Both the position numbers and the translations under genes were made by a program. Positions 56,677-61,485 of a stretch of 61,485 nt of DNA are shown piece by piece. Under the pieces are notes generated by a model, which saw only the letters and a program-made list of their open reading frames with translations, did no database searches and was not told the DNA's origin. The DNA lies in the IMG/VR virus record IMGVR_UViG_3300037067_026753. The stretch is one strand, 5' to 3'. Positions within the stretch are counted from its first letter, which is position 1, and each line of letters starts with the position of its first letter. The stretch comes from a virus.

Positions 56677-57003
56677 TTATTCGTCTATGCTAGACTGTGT
56701 CGTAGTTAACATTAGTTTGCATATATCCTGTATTAAAAGTTCTTCTTTTTCTCTAGCCTTTTCATAATGCTCATGTTTAAAACTATAAATCACTTGTGCC
56801 ATTGCTATATGGAGCACTTCGTGTACAAGATAATCTTCTGGTTCTTTTTCGTCAGAATACCACGTATAAACTGTTGCTTTCTTTGTTTTTACGTTCTTGC
56901 AACAGTGACCCTTATATTGACTATCAGAATCATACTCGATTTTCCAATCAGATAAAATTCTGATCTTCTTTACTATATTTGCTAATCTGTCTTCAGCTTT
57001 CAT
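56677..57003 (-). CDS. Hypothetical protein (108 aa)
   Basis: ORF from the supplied track. Confidence 0.4.
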   Translation of the reverse strand: MKAEDRLANIVKKIRILSDWKIEYDSDSQYKGHCCKNVKTKKATVYTWYSDEKEPEDYLVHEVLHIAMAQVIYSFKHEHYEKAREKEELLIQDICKLMLTTTQSSIDE

Positions 57004-57425
57004 TTCGTCAAGACCACTCTAACAACTTTATCAATTACGCCATTGGACACAAGTTTAAATTGCGGCATCCCCATTTCTTCTGCAAAAGGGTTACTATAAA
57101 AATTCATAAAGGAATTCTCATTAAAGAAATGGCAATGCTCTATGCACTCAACAGCTGATTCACTATGCCAATAAGGCACTTCTATTAAAAACACGCCTTT
57201 ATTTTCAAGTAAGTCATAGATATCTTTGATAATCTGTTTCAAAACTTTTGATGATTCGATATGTTCGAATACATGGCTCGCTTCAATATAACTAAATTTT
57301 CCTTCCAATTTAGGGAGCCCGTCATTCAAGTCCCACACTACATCAGCCCATTTGGGAACTATATCGACTCTAATTTTATCAGGTTCTGGTTTGCTATATG
57401 GTCCTTCACCCAACATTAAGCGCAT
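57000..57425 (-). CDS. Methyltransferase-domain-like protein, possibly truncated
   Basis: ASHVFEHIE and LLENKGVFLIEVPY resemble methyltransferase motifs II and III. No clear motif I. Confidence 0.4.
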   Translation of the reverse strand: MRLMLGEGPYSKPEPDKIRVDIVPKWADVVWDLNDGLPKLEGKFSYIEASHVFEHIESSKVLKQIIKDIYDLLENKGVFLIEVPYWHSESAVECIEHCHFFNENSFMNFYSNPFAEEMGMPQFKLVSNGVIDKVVRVVLTK

Positions 57426-57445
57426 ATTTTTACTCCAAATTTAAG

Positions 57446-57519
57446 AGACCCAGGGCGGATTTGAACCGACCGTAATGCTAGTTTTGCAGACTAGTGCCTT
57501 ACCGCTTGGCTACTGGGTC
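57446..57519 (-). tRNA. tRNA-Cys (anticodon GCA)
   Basis: Acceptor GACCCAG/CTGGGTC, discriminator U73 as expected for Cys, anticodon loop CTGCAAA, T-loop TTCAAAT. Confidence 0.75.
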
Positions 57520-57675
57520 ATGATATATTGTGTAATTCTTCAGCACATTCATAATAAACAGCTCGTTCGACATCAGTAATACAGCTAGACTGTGCTTTCT
57601 CAGTCCACTTCCTCACCAAATCATGGCAAGCATTTTTCAAAATTTGCAATTTATCTTTATCTGTCGACAAGTCTA

Positions 57676-58032
57676 TCATATTCGTTCATATACAAATTTG
57701 AATTTGTTTTGCTTATCTAATTTTTCTTCAGCTAATAAATAATCTTCTGGAAGAGACGCATTATTTATTGTCCCGTGTTTGCCAATAAACAAAATTTCTT
57801 TTAAAGTCGAATTAAGGTAAACATGAGCACCAAATAATGTTCCTATCAACTCACCATATCCAAGCTTAGAAAAAGTATCACTATCTGTATACGGATCAAA
57901 ACAATCAAGTAGATGATAGAGCAATTCTTGATGAATCTCTGCATTTATGCAAATAGATTCTACACGCTCATCTCCTATCTCGATTCGTGCAATGCCATCA
58001 ACAATTAATTTTCGTAATTTTTCTTTTTTCAT
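57676..58032 (-). CDS. Hypothetical protein (118 aa)
   Basis: ORF from the supplied track. Confidence 0.45.
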   Translation of the reverse strand: MKKEKLRKLIVDGIARIEIGDERVESICINAEIHQELLYHLLDCFDPYTDSDTFSKLGYGELIGTLFGAHVYLNSTLKEILFIGKHGTINNASLPEDYLLAEEKLDKQNKFKFVYERI

Positions 58033-58040
58033 AATTCAAA

Positions 58041-58113
58041 AGCCGATGAAGGGATTCGAACCCCCGACCTGCACATTACGAATGTATTGCTCTACCAACT
58101 GAGCTACATCGGC
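58041..58113 (-). tRNA. tRNA-Thr (anticodon CGT)
   Basis: Acceptor GCCGATG/CATCGGC, D-arm GCTC/GAGC, anticodon loop TTCGTAA (the stem has an A-C mismatch at 27-43), T-loop TTCGAAT. Confidence 0.6.
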
Positions 58114-58119
58114 AAAAAA

Positions 58120-58204
58120 TGGCGGAGGAAGAGGGACTCGAACCCCCAAGCCCTTTCGGGCGGCAGTTTTCAAGACTGCTCGTCTACCATTGACGTATTC
58201 CTCC
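58120..58204 (-). tRNA. tRNA-Ser (anticodon TGA), type II, CCA encoded
   Basis: Acceptor GGAGGAA/TTCCTCC, G73, anticodon stem GCAGT/ACTGC with loop CTTGAAA, variable arm CGCCCGAAAGGGCTT. Confidence 0.8.
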
Positions 58205-58209
58205 AAAAT

Positions 58210-58377
58210 TTACTTCTTTGCATACCTTTCGCTTTTTTCAGCATAAGGTAAACTATTTAATTCTACATCTAAATCAAACAAATGCCAGTTTTTACAACAA
58301 AAACATTCCTTTGATTTTGCCTTTGTGCAATCTAAACAGGTAAAAAGGCCGTTCCGTCTCTTATCTAATTCAGTCAT
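58210..58377 (-). CDS. Possible Cys-rich mini-protein (55 aa, not in the ORF track)
   Basis: My translation reads MTELDKRRNGLFTCLDCTKAKSKECFCCKNWHLFDLDVELNSLPYAEKSERYAKK. It lies between two tRNA genes. Confidence 0.3.
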   Translation of the reverse strand: MTELDKRRNGLFTCLDCTKAKSKECFCCKNWHLFDLDVELNSLPYAEKSERYAKK

Positions 58378-58425
58378 AAGAACCTCCCGTTTACCAGTAG
58401 ATTCTTATATACTTTTTAGAAAAAT

Positions 58426-58498
58426 TGTTAGCGAAAGGACTTGAACCTTCAACCGACAGATTATGATTCTGTTGCTCTACCAATTAAGCTACGCTAAC
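58426..58498 (-). tRNA. tRNA with CAT anticodon (elongator Met or Ile2/lysidine type)
   Basis: Acceptor GTTAGCG/CGCTAAC, A73, anticodon stem ACAGA/TCTGT with loop ATCATAA, T-loop TTCAAGT. Confidence 0.7.
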
Positions 58499-58784
58499 AT
58501 GACACTAAAAAACGCATTTTTGCGTGTTTATCCTCACTCTCAAGTTTTTTATTCTCGACAATCATAAACATATCTAACAAGGGTTCATATTGAACTTTCA
58601 ATTGTATTCTATCATTACAATCTATATAAACAGGTTTCTTAAAACTTTCTTGATAATGTCGTAAATTCACGGGGTCTCCTCCCCAATCTAATTTAAGTCT
58701 ATAGGGAGAATAATTAAACTGATGAGGATCGCCTTGGAGAACCTTTTTTACTTCATCAGATGACATATAACATCGAAAACTCAT
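58494..58784 (-). CDS. Hypothetical protein
   Basis: The tracked ORF starts at 58817, inside the tRNA-like locus. Internal Met 58784 is the likelier start. Confidence 0.4.
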   Translation of the reverse strand: MSFRCYMSSDEVKKVLQGDPHQFNYSPYRLKLDWGGDPVNLRHYQESFKKPVYIDCNDRIQLKVQYEPLLDMFMIVENKKLESEDKHAKMRFLVSC

Positions 58785-58790
58785 AAATTT

Positions 58791-59023
58791 TGCCCTTGGT
58801 GGGATTTGAACCCACATAACATTGATTAGAGTTCCTCTTTGGAAACGCGATTCCTGCCGCTGTTTACAAACCCTCCAAAGCTGTCGCCAGATCTTTGGCA
58901 GCGTATCAGTTCTGCCGCAACCATGGAACTCGCCTAAGAACAGTTTCCCGTTCGGTCAATGCCCTCCGTTAAGAGTCACGGTCCGTTTTTCCGAGTGCAC
59001 TTTCCATTTTATGCTACAAGGGC
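58791..59023 (-). ncRNA. tRNA-like gene whose perfectly matching acceptor halves are separated by an insert of about 160 nt (intron-containing tRNA or tmRNA-like RNA)
   Basis: The 5' part, GCCCTTG-TA-GCAT-AAAATGGAAA-GTGC, at 58996-59023 forms an acceptor 5' strand and a full D-arm. The 3' part, GTGGG-TTCAAAT-CCCAC-CAAGGGC-A, at 58791-58815 forms the T-arm and a 3' acceptor strand with 7/7 complementarity to the 5' strand. The interval between them is GC-richer than its surroundings. Confidence 0.5.
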
Positions 59024-59076
59024 CTAAAATTTAAAAATTGGTTGCATCTGAGTTATCAATGCTGTTTTTCTTTTTG

Positions 59077-59185
59077 ACAGTTCTTGAGACTGTTGCCTGA
59101 ACCAGTTCGGCTAACCCGGCACCCAATTGACATAAGCTCAGCCACAATCAACTGAGTGCCGGGTCTTGGATTTGAACCAAGATAA
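59077..59185 (-). ncRNA. Candidate circularly permuted tRNA-Leu(CAA)-like gene
   Basis: Reading the minus strand, the order is: T-arm CTTGG-TTCAAAT-CCAAG, then 3' acceptor strand ACCCGGC plus A, then a 33-nt linker, then 5' acceptor strand GCCGGGT, TA, D-arm GCC-GAACTGGTTCA-GGC, and the anticodon arm ACAGT-CTCAAGA-ACTGT. The acceptor halves are exactly complementary, and there are flanking A5/T5 tracts. Confidence 0.45.
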
Positions 59186-59240
59186 AAATGTAAGCACTAA
59201 TTGTTAAAAGATACAACCAATTAATTTCAAAGATCAAATT

Positions 59241-59326
59241 TGGCCAGAAAGGGACTTGAACCCTTACGGACCTCACGGTCCCTCGGATTTTGAGTCCGAG
59301 TTGTCTCCCGATTCCAGCATCTGGCC
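59241..59326 (-). tRNA. tRNA-Leu (anticodon CAA), type II
   Basis: Acceptor GGCCAGA/TCTGGCC, A73, D-loop GAATCGGGAGA, anticodon loop CTCAAAA, variable arm GGGACCGTGAGGTCCGT, T-loop TTCAAGT. Confidence 0.75.
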
Positions 59327-59644
59327 TATATCTGTATGTTCACCAACTCTTCTAAGCAAAGGTGGTGATTTCATTTCGACATATCTTTCATTACCTGTCT
59401 TTTTATCTTTAAATTTTTTATAATCCTGTCGCCAATTTCTAGGAATTATAGGTTCAAGTTTAGAATTAACTTGATTTATTTTTTCGATTTCATTTTCCGT
59501 TAAATTAACTTTACCATCTCGCAAAAAAGCAAATTTATTTTTAGTAGTTTTTTTCTTGATTTCTTCTAACTCTTTAAGTTCTACCTGTGTAGGTTCATGT
59601 TTTCGTAACCTGAAAATTGCTTCTAAATCTTCAACTTCAGCCAT
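59273..59644 (-). CDS. Hypothetical charged protein (123 aa)
   Basis: ORF from the supplied track. Its last 18 codons overlap tRNA-Leu(CAA). Confidence 0.4.
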   Translation of the reverse strand: MAEVEDLEAIFRLRKHEPTQVELKELEEIKKKTTKNKFAFLRDGKVNLTENEIEKINQVNSKLEPIIPRNWRQDYKKFKDKKTGNERYVEMKSPPLLRRVGEHTDIGQMLESGDNSDSKSEGP

Positions 59645-59787
59645 TTTATCTCCTGGCCAAAACAGCGACTTTTAAATATTGAATTAGCAATTTCATGAAT
59701 CAGACCTAATCTTTTTATTACAAAAGAATGACAATTGGAACATAAAAACCAAACATTGTCTCTTAAAAACTGAATTAGCAATTTATA

Positions 59788-59872
59788 TGGTGCCCAGGGG
59801 GAGACTTCAACTCCCACGCCTTTCGGCGCCAGGTCCTAAGCCTGGTGCGTCTAGCGATTCCGCCACCCGGGC
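59788..59872 (-). tRNA. tRNA-Leu (anticodon TAG), type II, CCA encoded, with a C19/G56 swap
   Basis: Acceptor GCCCGGG/CCTGGGC, anticodon stem CCAGG/CCTGG with loop CTTAGGA, variable arm CGCCGAAAGGCGT. The D-loop is GAATCGCTAGA (no GG), and the T-loop is TTGAAGT (G where C56 is expected). Confidence 0.7.
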
Positions 59873-59873
59873 A

Positions 59874-60083
59874 TTAATCTTGACATTCAATATCAATATG
59901 CTCAAAACTTTCTTCTTCACTTATAAAGAATGGACATCGCTCTTTTTCTTGTCCATAAGTTGTATCAGGCAATGTCCCTTTATGAAAAGAAATACAAAGA
60001 TCTAGATTTCTCGGACATTCAAAAGGTCTATATACTAAAACATCTAAAACAGTCCAATCCATCCGAGCATTTGTTTTATGCAT
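59874..60083 (-). CDS. Hypothetical small protein (69 aa)
   Basis: ORF from the supplied track. Confidence 0.3.
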   Translation of the reverse strand: MHKTNARMDWTVLDVLVYRPFECPRNLDLCISFHKGTLPDTTYGQEKERCPFFISEEESFEHIDIECQD

Positions 60084-60110
60084 ATCTTGTTCAATATCTC
60101 CATTTGTTCA

Positions 60111-60365
60111 TTAATTGTGAACAACATCAAAAGTTATATGCTCATAAACTTTTATTCGAATTGGATTATCTTTAAAAATTCTATCTGCTAAAATCTGGTA
60201 TCCCATCAACCTTCTGTATTTTTTTGGTTGCACCCACCAGTCTTTAGAAATAGTCGATTGTCTCCTAATTTCTTTATATACTTGTTTTATTTCCTTTTCA
60301 TATCCTTTTACATCATATTTGTTCATAAAAGACTTGAAGTTACCAAAACCTGCAGCCAAGTACAT
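60111..60365 (-). CDS. Hypothetical protein
   Basis: The tracked ORF runs to 60479, but its first 25 codons are the antisense of tRNA-Ser(GCT). An internal Met is the likelier start. Confidence 0.35.
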   Translation of the reverse strand: MYLAAGFGNFKSFMNKYDVKGYEKEIKQVYKEIRRQSTISKDWWVQPKKYRRLMGYQILADRIFKDNPIRIKVYEHITFDVVHN

Positions 60366-60405
60366 CAACAAAGCTTTAAACCAATCGCCTTGTTTTATTA
60401 AAATA

Positions 60406-60487
60406 CGGAGAGACGGGGATTCGAACCCCGAAGTCCTTTCGGACGCAAGTTTAGCAAACTTGTTGCTTCCCGTTAGCATATCTCTCC
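60406..60487 (-). tRNA. tRNA-Ser (anticodon GCT), type II
   Basis: Acceptor GGAGAGA/TCTCTCC, G73, anticodon stem CAAGT/ACTTG with loop TTGCTAA, variable arm CGTCCGAAAGGACTT, T-loop TTCGAAT. Confidence 0.8.
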
Positions 60488-60496
60488 AAATCTCTT

Positions 60497-61192
60497 TTAT
60501 TCTTTCCTTACGCCTTCAATCTGCAAATTCGGGAACTGAGTTCGAACATCATTCAACAAATCATCCAAATCCTTGCCGAGAGCTTTCTTTGTAAGTGTCG
60601 CTTTGGCTCTACGGAGCAGACGATCTGTCTGTTCGAGTCTTCTCTCAAGTTCGGAAATCTGTTTATTGACTTCATATTTTTGTTTTGTCAAGTCTTCTCT
60701 GTCCTGCACAAGTTTTACTAAATGCTCATCGAAAGGAGCCTCAACAAAAAATGTTACGGCATTATTAAGAGTATTTCGATCCATTTCTTTATTCGTAATG
60801 GTAAGTGAAACCACTACTATATTGTCGCGATTTTCATGAGTTGGATCATATACAAGTCGTGGACGTCTTTTCTTTGGGAGTATATTGCCGTCGGTTATTT
60901 CTGTACTGATCACAGCTGCAGGCGTCAATAGCTTCAATGTATCGGTCAAAGTTCGAATTTGTGAATCAAATTTCTCTTGGACAAATTTTTCCATGTAGCT
61001 GTCAGCATCTTTATCTGCTTGCTCGACTCGTTTTGTCAGTTGTTCGCTCTGTTGTTTGAGCGTAGTAATTTGATTCTCGATAAGTTGTTCTTGCTCGGTC
61101 ACGAGCACGTCAAAAATGTCTTTGATATCGAGGCTCATGTCGACCTTGAGTTTTGAATCAGTAGCTTTAAAGACACTTGGTAACTCATTCAT
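60497..61192 (-). CDS. Hypothetical coiled-coil protein (231 aa)
   Basis: ORF from the supplied track; heptad-rich and charged. Confidence 0.5.
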   Translation of the reverse strand: MNELPSVFKATDSKLKVDMSLDIKDIFDVLVTEQEQLIENQITTLKQQSEQLTKRVEQADKDADSYMEKFVQEKFDSQIRTLTDTLKLLTPAAVISTEITDGNILPKKRRPRLVYDPTHENRDNIVVVSLTITNKEMDRNTLNNAVTFFVEAPFDEHLVKLVQDREDLTKQKYEVNKQISELERRLEQTDRLLRRAKATLTKKALGKDLDDLLNDVRTQFPNLQIEGVRKE

Positions 61193-61268
61193 AAATACTC
61201 CTTTTTAAAGTAATACAAGAGAATCATTAGAGTATTTATAACAAGTGTTTTGTGTAATATTTAAAAAA

Positions 61269-61340
61269 CATGGATGGAGGGACTTGAACCCCCAACCGTC
61301 GGTTTTGGAGACCGGTGCTCTACCATTGAGCTACATCCAT
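61269..61340 (-). tRNA. tRNA-Trp (anticodon CCA)
   Basis: Acceptor ATGGATG/CATCCAT, G73, D-arm GCTC-AATGGTA-GAGC, anticodon loop CTCCAAA, T-loop TTCAAGT. Confidence 0.75.
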
Positions 61341-61379
61341 ATAAAATTGCCATTAGCTGCTTTTTATAATTCAAAAGAA

Positions 61380-61485
61380 TAGCGCGCCCATTTCTGGTTC
61401 ATGGCCAAGCCGCCAATGGCGCCTCTTAGATTCTCAGGGTATCATCCGGCTTCCCCGGCTACTTTCCCAGTCAAACCTACCAGAT
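61380..61485. other. GC-rich non-coding segment at the window edge (possible partial structured RNA)
   Basis: Locally high GC in an AT-rich genome. There is no ORF in the track across this interval. The minus-sense strand contains GGGAAAGTAGCCGGGGAAGCCGG, which only loosely resembles an RNase P P4-like motif. Truncated by the window. Confidence 0.2.

Noticed and set aside
58791-59023. tmRNA interpretation of the interrupted tRNA-like gene
   Set aside because: Not fully rejected but considered weak. There is no G3-U70 pair. A complete D-stem is present, which tmRNA lacks. The length is about 230 nt against typical tmRNA lengths well above 300 nt. The candidate tag AAKDLATALEGL ends atypically.
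58822-59034. 70-aa plus-strand ORF inside the tRNA-like insert locus
   Set aside because: It lies entirely within a probable structured RNA, and its composition is Cys/Pro/Arg-rich in a way typical of translated GC-rich RNA. No RBS.
59077-59185. Permuted tRNA halves as remnants of an attP or integration junction
   Set aside because: An attP normally carries only the 3' part of a tRNA. Here the 5' acceptor, D-arm and anticodon arm are also present. No integrase gene is evident nearby in this window. So the simple att-site explanation does not account for the arrangement, although a rearrangement scar cannot be excluded.
1-61485. CRISPR arrays and stop-codon recoding
   Set aside because: I saw no array of short direct repeats with unique spacers; the only tandem repeats are the 15-bp and 36-bp in-frame repeats. 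Long ORFs tile the window with TAA, TAG and TGA all used as terminators. So I see no evidence for an alternative genetic code or for a suppressor tRNA. No CUA, UCA or UUA anticodon was found.

Overview
This is a 61.5-kb AT-rich window (about a third GC by eye) that is densely coding, with almost every gene on the minus strand. The content looks like a large (jumbo/huge-type) phage or phage-like element rather than a bacterial chromosome. That reading rests on a DnaE-type DNA polymerase III alpha gene, an SSB and a ParB-like nuclease, at least six homing-endonuclease-like genes, and a tRNA island of 17 canonical tRNA genes plus two aberrant tRNA-like loci. A secreted Ig-repeat protein carrying a T9SS C-terminal sorting domain suggests a Bacteroidota host.

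The window falls into three parts:
- 1-20 kb: a replication and nucleotide-metabolism module. It holds DnaE, dCMP deaminase, two ThyX-like genes, P-loop kinases including a NadR-like nicotinamide riboside kinase, a family-4-like UDG, a HAD phosphatase, and an epimerase and methyltransferases. Three tandem paralogs sharing an FRIF..CxxC..YYH..CL motif sit directly after dnaE.
- 20.2-25.7 kb: an island with clearly elevated GC. It encodes a TerY-like vWA protein, an isochorismatase/nicotinamidase-like hydrolase, a Ser/Thr kinase-like protein, a PP2C phosphatase and three small HTH/RHH regulators. I read it as a horizontally acquired TerY-phosphorylation triad.
- 44.8-61.4 kb: tRNA genes interleaved with small Cys-rich ORFs and Vsr/DUF559-like endonucleases, a split GIY-YIG gene, an Rnl2-like RNA ligase and a Nudix hydrolase.

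An NAD+ salvage and synthesis gene set is dispersed across the window: a NadR-like kinase, NadE, a PncA-like hydrolase, a nucleoside hydrolase and a Nudix hydrolase.

The most unusual loci are:
- a candidate circularly permuted tRNA-Leu(CAA)-like gene;
- a tRNA-like gene whose perfectly matching acceptor halves are separated by an insert of roughly 160 nt;
- Pro and Gln tRNAs with C at anticodon-loop position 33;
- a tRNA-Leu(TAG) with an apparent compensatory C19-G56 swap.

All calls are by eye from the sequence and the supplied six-frame ORF track; nothing was searched against a database.
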